Shown here piece by piece: positions 1-10,043 of a stretch of 45,671 bases of DNA. The stretch comes from Candidatus Dojkabacteria bacterium (GTDB lineage: Bacteria; Patescibacteriota; Dojkabacteria; SC72; JAHDCA01): NCBI GenBank assembly GCA_027036675.1, contig JALWDW010000012.1, forward strand, positions 2,604 through 48,274, given 5' to 3'. The notes under the pieces are model-generated. The model saw nothing but the letters and a program-made list of their open reading frames with translations. It was not told the origin of the DNA and ran no database searches. The stretch's first letter is position 1. Every line of letters starts with the position of its first letter. Position numbers and translations under genes: made by a program.

Positions 1-1
1 C

Positions 2-2206
2 GGCTTTGATTCTACTCCGCAAGAGTTGGTGGATTTACCGGAGTTTGGATATACGATCCCGAGTTCGCCAGGCAATTCGGTCAGATCCAATGCATACACT
101 CCAGTGGGTGGAGATAATGCCGGAGGCGGATCCGGCGGCGGCGGTGGCGGAGGTGGAGGAACGTCACCCGTGAACCCTGAGCCTACACCCAACGACAACT
201 ATACACCTCCGGAAGGAAGTGACTTCTGCAGGCTATCAGTGAACGAGCTAAGTAAACCCCCGACCCGCTTACCGATCCCGGCCAAGCTGAAAGAGGGAAA
301 AACTGCCGGCAATGATCAAATACGTATCACCTTCCCCGAACCAGGCGAATATAAAGTAAGTTCACAAAAATACGAACTGGCAAGAGAGTACGTTGCATAT
401 TTTCCCGGTGATGAGAAAAACGAGCTTGTCGTTTTCGATGATGCAAACGGTAATTGTCTCATGGATGCTGGTGAGCGCCAGATAACCGATTTGAGTGATT
501 TTGAAGTGGTGAAGTCCGGTGATGTAGCTGACGTACATGTGAAACCGGGTATCAATATTTTGTCATTACCGATCAAACCGGATTCGTTTAGTAGTGCTGA
601 TACCTTGATTAGTTGGGGGGCGCAACATTACGCACCGTTTTACGAGGAGGGAGCTGACACGCGGATGGCACCGATTACTACTGTCGGCAAGTTTTCCAAC
701 AATTTGAAGAAATGGACGTTTTTGACAAATAGGGCTGCCGTTTATGTGAAATCATTCGGCGAGGATTTTTTGGTCAAAGGTGATGAGCCGTTGTATTTGA
801 TCTCATATGCGGATTTTGACCTGAGGTATAGGGGGCGTCTGTTTGATTCTGCACCAAGGCAGCCCGTGTATTCTGGCTGGAATTTACTTGGCTATATGGG
901 ATATGGGGATGATTATACGGGTGATGCGTTGGTGGAAGAGTTTCGCACTCTACAAGGCTTGGGCGATAGTGATGAAATCAAACTTTCCGAGTGGAACAAT
1001 TCGAAGTCGCTCTTTGACAACTACGTCTATAAGGGCTCGAGCTTGTATTCCGATAGAGATTTGACGTTACAACACAGTGAAGCTATTTTTTACAAAGGAG
1101 CGGATTCTGATACGTCGTCCGTATGGTTGCCAAGTAAGTTTAAATCGCATACATGGCAAGATACGGATGGAGTCGCGCATACACCAACAGGTGGAGGTGG
1201 AGATGACAAAGGGGGTGGTGCTGGTGGTCAAGGTTGTGTAGAGCCGGTCTTTGGCTTGGCACCCCCGGCAGATGTACCTATAGGTGGCACTATCACGTTT
1301 CACTTTGGGTCAAATTATCCATATACGCATGTGGGTATCAAACCAGATGGTGAATCTCCCGTGTTTGAGGAAGGCTCATGTGAATTGGAGACCACAGATT
1401 CATGGGCTTATGGACAGGCAGAGCAATACGACTGGGTATGGAAAAATTGCAAAGTTGTCGGCGGATCTCCAGGTGAATACCGTGTCAAATTTACAAACAG
1501 CGAAGATTGCAACTCTACGATAGAGTATACTGTAGTCGAAGGAACAGCATCCGACAACTGGTGGAAGTATCCGGATGAGATATTACCTACGGTACTACCT
1601 GGCGACCATTTATTGGTACTGGTAAATAAGAAATATAAGTTGTCAGCAGATTATGTACCGAGCGGTTTGATGACTTTTGCTTCATGGAATACCGCTCACC
1701 CGGATAAGAACATAAATGTGAGCAATGATAGCTTTCAATTGAGAGAAGAAGTGATGCTACACTTGGCGGAGTTATTGCACGATATGTCCGCAGAAGGTCC
1801 GAATGGCCGAGTGATATCGGCGTATCGGAGTTATACAACTCAGCAGGCGACATATCAACATTGGCTAGATGTCAATGGAGGTGATGTAGACGCTACAGAC
1901 AAAATCTCCGCACGGCCGGGGCATTCGCAGCATCAGCTGGGTACGACGGTTGACTTCTCTACGGTGATAGGAGATATAGAGAGGAAATTTGATGATTTCA
2001 CAGATACACCTGCTGAAGTTTGGCTACGACAGAATGCCTGGAAATATGGCTTTGCTCTATCATACCCACAAGGTGCGGAGTCTATCACCGGTTATTCACC
2101 GGAAAGCTGGCATTACCGCTATATAGGGGTGGAAAACGCCAAGGAATGGCACAACTCCAATTTGGTATTGGATGCTTGGTTGCGTACGAAGCAACAACAA
2201 GTCTGA
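2..2206 (+). CDS. 5'-truncated multidomain surface protein with C-terminal M15B (VanY-like) D,D-carboxypeptidase
   Basis: Frame is open from the window edge (ORF track starts it at 26). C-terminal motifs SAYRSY..Q, SARPGHSQHQLGTTVD and ESWHYRYIG are typical of peptidase M15B. Upstream are Gly/Pro linkers, a DANGNCLMDAGE Ca-loop-like motif and paired GINILSLP/GWNLLGY modules. Confidence 0.85.
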   Translation, partial: GFDSTPQELVDLPEFGYTIPSSPGNSVRSNAYTPVGGDNAGGGSGGGGGGGGGTSPVNPEPTPNDNYTPPEGSDFCRLSVNELSKPPTRLPIPAKLKEGKTAGNDQIRITFPEPGEYKVSSQKYELAREYVAYFPGDEKNELVVFDDANGNCLMDAGERQITDLSDFEVVKSGDVADVHVKPGINILSLPIKPDSFSSADTLISWGAQHYAPFYEEGADTRMAPITTVGKFSNNLKKWTFLTNRAAVYVKSFGEDFLVKGDEPLYLISYADFDLRYRGRLFDSAPRQPVYSGWNLLGYMGYGDDYTGDALVEEFRTLQGLGDSDEIKLSEWNNSKSLFDNYVYKGSSLYSDRDLTLQHSEAIFYKGADSDTSSVWLPSKFKSHTWQDTDGVAHTPTGGGGDDKGGGAGGQGCVEPVFGLAPPADVPIGGTITFHFGSNYPYTHVGIKPDGESPVFEEGSCELETTDSWAYGQAEQYDWVWKNCKVVGGSPGEYRVKFTNSEDCNSTIEYTVVEGTASDNWWKYPDEILPTVLPGDHLLVLVNKKYKLSADYVPSGLMTFASWNTAHPDKNINVSNDSFQLREEVMLHLAELLHDMSAEGPNGRVISAYRSYTTQQATYQHWLDVNGGDVDATDKISARPGHSQHQLGTTVDFSTVIGDIERKFDDFTDTPAEVWLRQNAWKYGFALSYPQGAESITGYSPESWHYRYIGVENAKEWHNSNLVLDAWLRTKQQQV

Positions 2207-2241
2207 CTTCGACCGTTGCGGTCTGGTAATAGGGCGATTTG

Positions 2242-2270
2242 TTGCGAATTGTATTGAAATTTGTTATCAT
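2242..2270 (+). promoter_or_regulatory. Putative sigma70 promoter for nusA-infB
   Basis: TTGCGA-17 bp-TATCAT with an extended -10 TG. Confidence 0.5.
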
Positions 2271-2345
2271 TGCGAAGTTTATATTTCCTATATTGGTGAG
2301 TTTATAGACTCATTTCTTTTTGAATAAATTTATAGAACACATAGT

Positions 2346-3620
2346 ATGGCAATGATTTCAGAATTTACGGCTGCGATCAACCAAATTAGCAGCGAACGAG
2401 GTATAGAAGCCGAGGAAGTCTTCCGCGCCTTGGAGCAAGCGATAGCCACCGCGTATCAAAAAGAATATGGTGTGGAATCCGAAGTCTTCGTAGAGATGGA
2501 CAGAGATTCCGGTGACTATCAGGTATTTACAAAAAAAACGGTAGTAGAAGGTAAGCCTGCAGACCCCACGGAGATCTCTCTTGCAGAGGCTCAAAAAATG
2601 CAACCTACATTGGGTGTTGGCGATATCGTAGAAATAGAAATGCCGGTAGAGGGCTTCAGTAGAATAGCGGCGCAGATTGCGAAGCAAACTATATTGCACG
2701 GCGTGCGTGAAGCCGAGAAATCGGCGATCATGGCGGAGTACTCAGACAAGGTCGGAGAAGTGATAAGCGGTATGATGCAAAGGATGCAGGGAGGCAACGC
2801 CGTTTTTGAGATTGGTAAGGCGTTGGCCTATATGCCGAAGGAAGAGCAAATAGCAAACGAGTTTTACAGGGCCGGCGAAAGATACAAATTGTACTTGAAG
2901 GATATCGATGAGTCACAAGGCTTGATCGTCTCGAGGGCTGATGCGGGCCTGTTGCGCGGACTCTTCAGGATGGAAGTCCCGGAGGTCGTCGACGGGATTA
3001 TCGAAATCAAGGCAATCGCTCGAGAGGCTGGGTCGAGAAGCAAAGTAGCTGTGCGTTCTACAGAAGAAGGTGTTGATCCGATAGGTGCATGTGTTGGGCA
3101 GAGAGGTATCCGTATCGCCAATATAATGAGTGAACTTGGGGTGGAAAAAATCGACATCATCGAGTGGCGAGAAGATATCGAAGAATTCATCGAGAAAGCA
3201 TTGAGTCCGGCGCAAGTGGAAAGCGTTTCTCTGAAAGAGGATGGAGAAACCGCTGAGGTGATCGTCCCCGAGGATCAACTCTCCCTTGCGATCGGCAAGG
3301 ATGGGCAAAATGTGCGCTTGGCGTTTAAGTTGACAGGGGTCAAATTGGATATTGTCGGTCGGGGTGAGGATGGTAAATTGATAGTTCGCGAGGAGAAAGA
3401 ACTCGAGAATGAAGAAGATTCTGGAGATGAAGTTGTGGACAAAGTCGATGAGTCGAGTGAAACAGAAAGTGCAAGCGAGCTGAGTGATTGCACGTTGAGG
3501 AAACTGCAAAAGATGGGAGTGGATCTGGAGAAAGCCAAGTCGATGAGTATCGAAGAGCTGATGGAACTGAAGGGAGTAGGAAAAGTTACCGCCAAAAAAA
3601 TATATGACGCTTTTCACTGA
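2346..3620 (+). CDS. nusA: Transcription termination/antitermination factor NusA
   Basis: FSRIAAQIAKQ, AREAGSRSKVAV, DPIGACVGQRG and QLSLAIGKDGQNVRLA motifs, plus a C-terminal HhH-like LKGVGKVTA. Confidence 0.98.
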   Translation: MAMISEFTAAINQISSERGIEAEEVFRALEQAIATAYQKEYGVESEVFVEMDRDSGDYQVFTKKTVVEGKPADPTEISLAEAQKMQPTLGVGDIVEIEMPVEGFSRIAAQIAKQTILHGVREAEKSAIMAEYSDKVGEVISGMMQRMQGGNAVFEIGKALAYMPKEEQIANEFYRAGERYKLYLKDIDESQGLIVSRADAGLLRGLFRMEVPEVVDGIIEIKAIAREAGSRSKVAVRSTEEGVDPIGACVGQRGIRIANIMSELGVEKIDIIEWREDIEEFIEKALSPAQVESVSLKEDGETAEVIVPEDQLSLAIGKDGQNVRLAFKLTGVKLDIVGRGEDGKLIVREEKELENEEDSGDEVVDKVDESSETESASELSDCTLRKLQKMGVDLEKAKSMSIEELMELKGVGKVTAKKIYDAFH

Positions 3621-3644
3621 TCGAAAAGCCGGTATGAAGTTTAT

Positions 3645-5231
3645 ATGGCTAAAAAACAAAAGAACGTAAACAATTCGGGCCAAAGGATTCCGGTCGTGAC
3701 CATATTGGGGCATGTAGATCACGGTAAGACGACGTTGCTCGATAAAATCCGTGGCAGTGATGTGCAATCCGGCGAACATGGTGGGATTACACAGAAGATT
3801 GCGGTATATACGGTGCAAACCAAAGATTCTATGGAGATCACTTTTATCGACACTCCCGGGCACGAAGCGTTTGATTTGATGCGTATACGAGGTGGCGGGG
3901 TTGCGAATATAGTTTTATTGATAGTGGCAGGGAATGACGGTGTCAAACCGCAGACTGTCGAATCGATCAAAATTATCAACGAATCGAAAAGTAAGCCAAT
4001 CGTAGTGATCACGAAGATAGACTTGCCTGATGTTGATACGGAGGCAATCAAGCGTGACTTGGCAAACAACGGTTTGGTGGTGGAGAGTATGGGCGGAGAT
4101 GCACCCGTAGTCGAAGTGTCCGCTAAAACTGGTGAAGGTATCGATGAACTGCTGTCGGCCATATTGCTTTTGAATGAGATGGAGGGACCTGAGCGCGGGG
4201 ATCTGCCGGATAATGTGAAGGCGAAGTTGACTGTCTTGGAAACGGTGAAAGACAAATCACGTGGTTTTGTATCGTCTGTGATTGTGTCCGCCGGAGAGGT
4301 ATCGGTGGGCGATTGGGTTGTTTACTTGAAAGACGGAGATGTCGTCGTGGAACGTATCAAAGGTTTCCTTTCGGAGGACGGTGAGACTCTTAAGCAATTG
4401 CGCGCCGGCTTCGGTGGTAGGATTATAGGACTGTCCAACCCCTGGGCGTTGGGGAGTGATGTGTACGTGGTCACGAGTAACAAAAAACGTTTGGTCAGAG
4501 AGGTCGGGGCGTTGTTGAAACAGGAGACGGAGACAGATGAATTTGCGCGAGAAGATGATAGTTCAAACGATATGTCAAATATTTCGGATGAAGACTTGCT
4601 GGCTTCCATGTTTGAGGAGGAAGAGCCGGACTCGGAATTGAATATTGTATTGAAAGCCCCGTCGCAAGGTAGTCTGGAAGCTTTGGTAAACGCGGTGGAT
4701 GGTTTGGAAGTCGAAGGGGTGAAAGTCCGTATACAAAGTAGCGGAGTTGGTGATGTGACCATGGGCGATGTGGAGACGGCGAGTTTGACCAAAGCTTTGT
4801 TGATCGCGTTTGATGTGAAGCAAGAGACGGGCGTGGAACGTATGGCCAAATCCAAGAAGGTTTTGATCAAAGATTATCATGTCATCTACAAGGTGGTGGA
4901 TGAAATTCTCGAAGTATTAGCGATGATGGCCACACCTGATGAGATCGAAGAGGAACTTGGTTCCGCAACTATACTGCAGATATTCACTCTGTCAGACGGG
5001 AAACAGGTACTGGGAGGGAGAGTAGACAGTGGGATCGTTAAAAAGGGAGCGAAGGTGTACGTGGTGCGAGGTGATGAAATACTTACAGAAGCCACGATCG
5101 TCTCGTTGAAGCATGCGAAAAACGAAATCAAGGAGGCCGGTAAAGATATGACCTTTGGGGCCATATTGTCGACGCCTGCTGTCGACGCCGCTGAGGGCGA
5201 TTTGATCCATTGTTTTGTAGTCAAAAAGTGA
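3645..5231 (+). CDS. infB: Translation initiation factor IF-2, short form lacking the N-terminal domain
   Basis: [29 protein letters not shown] and VSAKTG motifs. 528 aa, directly after nusA. Confidence 0.97.
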   Translation: MAKKQKNVNNSGQRIPVVTILGHVDHGKTTLLDKIRGSDVQSGEHGGITQKIAVYTVQTKDSMEITFIDTPGHEAFDLMRIRGGGVANIVLLIVAGNDGVKPQTVESIKIINESKSKPIVVITKIDLPDVDTEAIKRDLANNGLVVESMGGDAPVVEVSAKTGEGIDELLSAILLLNEMEGPERGDLPDNVKAKLTVLETVKDKSRGFVSSVIVSAGEVSVGDWVVYLKDGDVVVERIKGFLSEDGETLKQLRAGFGGRIIGLSNPWALGSDVYVVTSNKKRLVREVGALLKQETETDEFAREDDSSNDMSNISDEDLLASMFEEEEPDSELNIVLKAPSQGSLEALVNAVDGLEVEGVKVRIQSSGVGDVTMGDVETASLTKALLIAFDVKQETGVERMAKSKKVLIKDYHVIYKVVDEILEVLAMMATPDEIEEELGSATILQIFTLSDGKQVLGGRVDSGIVKKGAKVYVVRGDEILTEATIVSLKHAKNEIKEAGKDMTFGAILSTPAVDAAEGDLIHCFVVKK

Positions 5232-5267
5232 CCGCATTTCCAACTTTGATCGCAACAGGGCGCTATA

Positions 5268-5756
5268 GAAGTCGGGGATGAACCCCAGGCTTAAACCCCA
5301 GGCTTGACAAAGAAACCTTATTACTACGGGGATAACTGCCAAGAAAATCCTGTGCTTAATATGAATGTAATCGAAATTTGACTGCCAACTTTCGTTGTCG
5401 TATAGGCGTTTATGGATGCCCGTCGCTTTGGAGCGCACATTTCGGAGGCTCTGTATACTCCTTGTAGTCATGGTGTTTATCGACACACTGTAACTGCGGT
5501 AGGTAGTACGATGCACCTAAACATACGTACGGAGCTGGTTGACGTATTATCTATTGTATCTTGAGAAAATGTCCCCAGGTAAGCGTCTTCTCTGCACCCA
5601 ATGTGCAGGTAGAGCTGTAATTACGCGGTATTTGTATATGCCGTATATGCTATGTTTAGCGTATGTGCCCGGGGCGAAAGCTTGCCCACTAACCGTATCA
5701 TAACAGCGTTTCCACTCAAACAGTGAGTTTTAAGACCGGGTCCCAACCCCGACTTC
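5268..5756. repeat. 489-bp element bounded by inverted repeats/REP-like palindromes
   Basis: GAAGTCGGGGATG (5268-5280) vs CAACCCCGACTTC (5744-5756) is a 12/13 inverted match. AACCCCAGGCTT occurs twice in tandem at 5281-5305. No credible intact gene inside. Confidence 0.55.
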
Positions 5757-5830
5757 GAATGCCACAATCGCAATTAGAATATAAGGCCTGATATGTTATA
5801 ATCGTATAATAACTTTATATAAGACCCGCT

Positions 5831-7156
5831 ATGTCCGGAAGCTCAGCTTTTCACGATATAGCTGCCCATTTTGCGCAAGCAAATCGAGTATTGGTTTGCG
5901 TGCCGTTGATCACCGATGAGAACTTTACCTATGTGACGACATTGTATAGTATCTTGTCAACTGGCGACAAAACCGTCCATTTGGTATCGCCAAACGCTCC
6001 GAAGCCGGAATTGGCCAATCGCTTACAAGTGTCCAATATAACTTTACGAAACAAGATCCCCGGCGATAAATACACGATAACCATAGACTATAATGACGCC
6101 GATGTGGACAAAGTTTCCTGGGACAACGACGAAGAACGAAATCGACTGATATACTACATTCACACGCAGAGTGGTGATTTTGACTTCAGCAATGTCAAGT
6201 TTGGTGAATTACCGAGCGAATACGACCTTATCGCTTTGGTCGACCTAAAAAACTACGATCAATTGGGGGAATTGTATACTGCATCAAAAGAACTCTGTGA
6301 CGGTTCGAAGAAAGTCGCTTTGAGGAAGTCATCCACAGATATTGGTGATGTTCGATATTTGACCGACACTGAAACCGCGGATTCGGAATTCCTATTATAT
6401 TTGGCAAATGCTGTCGGTGTGCAAGATGGTGTTTTTGCAAAGCAGATTTTCCACGGTATAGATTGGAACATCATACGCGCCGATAAGCAACGCTACAGCG
6501 AGGTGCTGACCATGGCGATCGAGATGGGGGTTGATCCCGTCGATATTTTACCGTGTGCTCCCACAGAGGCTCCGGCGACAACAGAGGATACGGTGGACAG
6601 TAGCCCCATAAACGTGGACGATGAGGAAACGCAAGCAGGTTCTGACTCTGTAGAAAATCCCACGGAAGGCTCTACACCCGAAACAGTACCCGTCATGGAG
6701 GCGAAATCGACGGAACAAACATCCCACGGTACTTTGGAACTGAAATTGCTGGCAATGGTTGCGTCTCATACGGAGGTAAGTGGCGACGGCAACGCACTTG
6801 ATATACAACTTGGTAAAAAACTTTTGAGTGAACAAGGCCTGGAATTGGATCAGAAAACTGCCAAGAAGATCTTGCGTAAACTTAAATCTGATAAACAGAC
6901 GTACAAAGTCGGCTTGATCACAGTGGTCGATGACGCAGACTCCAAGAATACTTCAGCCGATGTATATGTTTTGTCATATGAACCTGATGCGTACGATGCA
7001 GATCTTCTAGCGCAGGTATACGAATCTATGGGTACTTCGGAATTCGCAAGTTTCCGATTGGAGAATCTGACATCAAACAATGTCCGTGCCGAAATCAGAG
7101 ACGTCATGCACGACTTGTATTCAATCCAATACGATGATTTTACCGCAATCGTATAG
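5831..7156 (+). CDS. Degenerate DHH/NrnA-like phosphoesterase-fold protein
   Basis: N-half (TIDY..ADVDKVSW, YDLIALVD..YDQLGELY, ADSEFL) resembles the CPR DHH-family proteins that follow infB/rbfA. The catalytic DxD and DHH motifs are not visible. Has an acidic Thr/Glu/Pro linker. Confidence 0.55.
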   Translation: MSGSSAFHDIAAHFAQANRVLVCVPLITDENFTYVTTLYSILSTGDKTVHLVSPNAPKPELANRLQVSNITLRNKIPGDKYTITIDYNDADVDKVSWDNDEERNRLIYYIHTQSGDFDFSNVKFGELPSEYDLIALVDLKNYDQLGELYTASKELCDGSKKVALRKSSTDIGDVRYLTDTETADSEFLLYLANAVGVQDGVFAKQIFHGIDWNIIRADKQRYSEVLTMAIEMGVDPVDILPCAPTEAPATTEDTVDSSPINVDDEETQAGSDSVENPTEGSTPETVPVMEAKSTEQTSHGTLELKLLAMVASHTEVSGDGNALDIQLGKKLLSEQGLELDQKTAKKILRKLKSDKQTYKVGLITVVDDADSKNTSADVYVLSYEPDAYDADLLAQVYESMGTSEFASFRLENLTSNNVRAEIRDVMHDLYSIQYDDFTAIV

Positions 7157-7188
7157 TTATGTTTGTCCTTTCATAGCGCAATTTGTGC

Positions 7189-7216
7189 TTGACTCTGTCC
7201 TATAATATGATACAAT
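7189..7216 (+). promoter_or_regulatory. Putative sigma70 promoter for rpsO-pnp
   Basis: TTGACT-16 bp-TACAAT with an extended -10 TG. Confidence 0.55.
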
Positions 7217-7276
7217 CTGCGTAAACTACGGGTGTTTGCTATTGCACTCTCTAATTTATTATGATAGATTGATAAC

Positions 7277-7540
7277 ATGTCATTGTCAAAAGAAGAAAAA
7301 GCTGAAATTATTAAGCAATTTGCCGTGTCCGAAGGAGACACCGGTTCACCCGAGGTGCAGGTGGCAATCCTTACCAGACGTATTGCTCAGTTGACGGATC
7401 ACTTGAAGGAACACCCAAAGGATAATCATTCCAGAAGAGGTCTTCTGAAAATGGTTGGTCGACGACGACGTTTGTTGCAGTACCTCAAGGAAGCCGATGA
7501 GGCACGTTACAAGAAATTGACAAAAGCATTGTCACTCTAG
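7277..7540 (+). CDS. rpsO: 30S ribosomal protein S15
   Basis: [13 protein letters not shown] and [25 protein letters not shown]. Confidence 0.99.
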   Translation: MSLSKEEKAEIIKQFAVSEGDTGSPEVQVAILTRRIAQLTDHLKEHPKDNHSRRGLLKMVGRRRRLLQYLKEADEARYKKLTKALSL

Positions 7541-7620
7541 TCTTCTAGCCATTCCTGTAAATTTATTGCAAAAATTGTAAATTTGCGGTTTTTGTCCTTC
7601 CTCTTCTCTATTTTTTGAAG

Positions 7621-7669
7621 CCGGGCTTCGGACCCGGGGTTGAATATCCTTCCATATTGTTTCAATTCC
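7621..7669 (+). promoter_or_regulatory. Stem-loops in the rpsO-pnp spacer (possible pnp leader/processing structure)
   Basis: CCGGG-C(TTCG)G-A-CCCGG hairpin with a UUCG tetraloop, and an overlapping stem GGGGTTGAA/TTCAATTCC. Confidence 0.35.
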
Positions 7670-7714
7670 TAGTATCATCCCACGTACACAAAAAATAAAT
7701 TAAAAGACAGTCAA

Positions 7715-9829
7715 ATGACTAAAGAATTATATAAAGAAGTGCGTCATGAATTTGAAATAGACGGACGCAAAGCGTTTTTTTCCATAGGTAAATTTGCGCC
7801 ACGGTCGCAGGCCGGTGTATATGCTCAGATGGGTGACACGGTTGTATTGGCCAATGTGAATATAGGTGATGCATCCAATGATGCCGAGTTTTTCCCGTTA
7901 AGTGTGGAATACATCGAAAAAATGTATGCTGGAGGCAAGATCTCCGGGTCCAGGTTTGTCAAAAGGGATAGATTCCCGAGTGATGATGCAATCCTCAAAG
8001 CCAGAATGATCGACCGCTCTGTGAGATCGCGGTTCCCCAGTGATTATAGAGATGAAGTTTCGGTTGTGGTCAGTGTATTGTCCTTTGATCCGGAAAATGA
8101 TCCGGTACTTCTGGGTATCAATGCGGTCAGTGTAGCGTTGATGTTGTCATCCGCACCTTTCACGGATCCTGTGAGTGCGATGCGTATAGGGCTGAAAGAT
8201 GGTGAATTGTTCAATATGTATGCTCATGTGGACAGAGATTTGGACAAAAACAAAAGTGAAATGAATCTGGTGATAACTGGGGATGAAAGCCAGATCACCA
8301 TGATGGATGCAAACGCGTACGAGGTATCGGAAGATATTGTGTTGGACGGGTTTGAAAAAGCGATGGAAAGTATGAAACCGTGGATTGAACAACAAAAAGC
8401 GTTCATTGATGCATACGAAGCGGAAAACGGTGAAGTGGTAAAAAAAGAGTACAAATCGTTTAGTTTCCCAGATGAGCTTTTGGATAGCTTGATGAACACA
8501 TTCGCGGAAGAAATCAAAGCGGCGATGTATGGTGGACAATTTTTTGCCGATCGTGAAAAGTTTATCGAAGACCATTATTCAGTGGAATGGGAAGGCAAGT
8601 ATTCAAAAAAGCAAGTAAGCGACGCTTTCGAAAAAGTTGCGAAGAAATTGATGAAGAAGATCGTCCTGGAGGAAAAAGCCAGAGTCGACGGTCGAGGATT
8701 TGAAGAAATCAGAGAGTTGCGGTTTGAGCACGGCATTTTACCTCGTACTCATGGAAGTGGACTTTTTTCACGCGGTTTGACTCAGGCTTTGACCATAGCC
8801 ACGTTGGGTAGTACCAAAGAAGGTTTGCTGGTGGATGATATGACGGAGGATAGCGAGCGCAATTATATCCATTACTATACCGCCCCATCGTATACTTTGG
8901 GTGAGCCCGGTAGGTACAGGTACAACCCGGGTAGACGTGAAATCGGGCACGGTGCGTTGGCTGAAAAAGCGTTGTATCCGGTACTACCTTCTCTGGAGGA
9001 ATTCCCGTATACCGTGATATTGGTCAGCGAAGTGTTGTCGCAAAACGGATCTTCTTCGATGGCATCTACCGTAGGGTCCACATTGGCTTTGCTCGATGCG
9101 GGTGTACCGATCGAGGATCATGTTGCAGGTATCGCGTTGGGTGTGATAGTGGATGATGAAGATCCGAGCAGATTCCAGACTCTGGTGGATATACGCGACG
9201 TAGAAGATTTCTTCGGGGAAATGGACTACAAGGTGACAGGTACGGTAAACGGTGTGACTGCCATACAGATGGATAATAAAAGGGCGGGGTTGCCGATTGA
9301 GGTATTTCGCGACGCCATGGCGAAGTCGCGCAAGGCCAGGTTGGAGATTATTGAGAAGATGAAAGAGGTTTTGCCGGGACCGAAAGAAGATGTGTCGGAT
9401 TATGCGCCAAAAGTTACATCGATCAAAATTCCTGCCAAGAAGATTGGGGAATTGATCGGGCCTGGAGGCAAAAATATCAAGGAGATTACTGAGGAAACCG
9501 GCGCGCAGGTGGATGTCTCCGACGATGGGTTGGTAAGTATCTATGCCGCTGACAAAGAGAGCGCTCAAGCTGCGCTTGCCAGGATCAAGCCTCTGGCCTT
9601 TGAACCAAAGGTCGGGGATGTTTACGAAGGCAAGATTGTCTCCGTCAAGGATTTCGGGTTTTTCGTAGAGATCAGGCCGGGGGTTGATGGATTGGTGCAT
9701 GTGTCCGAAGTCGCTGACGAGTATGTCAAGGACTTGAGTAAATTCGGCAAGGAGGGGGATACAGTGAAAGTGAAGTTGATCGCCATAGATGATGAAGGGC
9801 GACTGAAGTTGTCGATGAAGGCGGTGTAG
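7715..9829 (+). CDS. pnp: Polyribonucleotide nucleotidyltransferase (PNPase)
   Basis: FFPLSVEY, RTHGSGLFSRG.TQ, RREIGHGALAE and SQNGSSSMAS motifs, plus KH (IGPGGKNIK) and S1 (DGLVHVSE) domains. Follows rpsO. Confidence 0.98.
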   Translation: MTKELYKEVRHEFEIDGRKAFFSIGKFAPRSQAGVYAQMGDTVVLANVNIGDASNDAEFFPLSVEYIEKMYAGGKISGSRFVKRDRFPSDDAILKARMIDRSVRSRFPSDYRDEVSVVVSVLSFDPENDPVLLGINAVSVALMLSSAPFTDPVSAMRIGLKDGELFNMYAHVDRDLDKNKSEMNLVITGDESQITMMDANAYEVSEDIVLDGFEKAMESMKPWIEQQKAFIDAYEAENGEVVKKEYKSFSFPDELLDSLMNTFAEEIKAAMYGGQFFADREKFIEDHYSVEWEGKYSKKQVSDAFEKVAKKLMKKIVLEEKARVDGRGFEEIRELRFEHGILPRTHGSGLFSRGLTQALTIATLGSTKEGLLVDDMTEDSERNYIHYYTAPSYTLGEPGRYRYNPGRREIGHGALAEKALYPVLPSLEEFPYTVILVSEVLSQNGSSSMASTVGSTLALLDAGVPIEDHVAGIALGVIVDDEDPSRFQTLVDIRDVEDFFGEMDYKVTGTVNGVTAIQMDNKRAGLPIEVFRDAMAKSRKARLEIIEKMKEVLPGPKEDVSDYAPKVTSIKIPAKKIGELIGPGGKNIKEITEETGAQVDVSDDGLVSIYAADKESAQAALARIKPLAFEPKVGDVYEGKIVSVKDFGFFVEIRPGVDGLVHVSEVADEYVKDLSKFGKEGDTVKVKLIAIDDEGRLKLSMKAV

Positions 9830-9840
9830 ATTGCATCGCT

Positions 9841-9915
9841 CGGCCACTCGGGTCGGGGCGCCGGCGTGGAAGTTTCCTCTTCCGACGTCGTTTCCGCTCC
9901 TCGCCCGGTAGGTCG
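9841..9915 (+). terminator. Long GC-rich hairpin 3' of pnp, between convergent genes
   Basis: CGGCC..CGGGT.GGGGCG.CGGCGT.GGAAG pairs with CTTCC.ACGTCG..CGCTCC..GCCCG..GGTCG, with four G-U pairs on the + strand. No strong U-tract. Confidence 0.5.
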
Positions 9916-10043
9916 TATGTAGAATTTCGTACCGTTAGTGTGTGGCGGTTTGGTCCCTTGCCGCGGACGGCCTTTTGATGAAATTCTCACATTAGTGCGG
10001 ATCGGTAGTTATTACGAACGTGAGTGTGATACTACTGTGGTTG

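Noticed and set aside
5268-5756. RNase P RNA (terminal helix like P1)
   Set aside because: No GAGGAAAGTCC or ACAGAA..CGGCTTA conserved regions on either strand.
5274-5770. tmRNA (GGGGATGA start, GGCTTGAC, ATAACTGCC resume-like context)
   Set aside because: The putative tag AKKILCLI* lacks an Ala-rich end, the spacing is too short for pseudoknot 1, and there is no GGTTCRAnTCC T-arm or CCA acceptor end.
7229-7250. S15 autoregulatory leader (GGGTGT/GCACTC stem)
   Set aside because: A single short stem is not enough to assign a known leader family by eye.
9841-9915. SRP (4.5S) RNA
   Set aside because: The conserved domain IV pattern (CAGG..GNRA..AGCAG) is absent on both strands.
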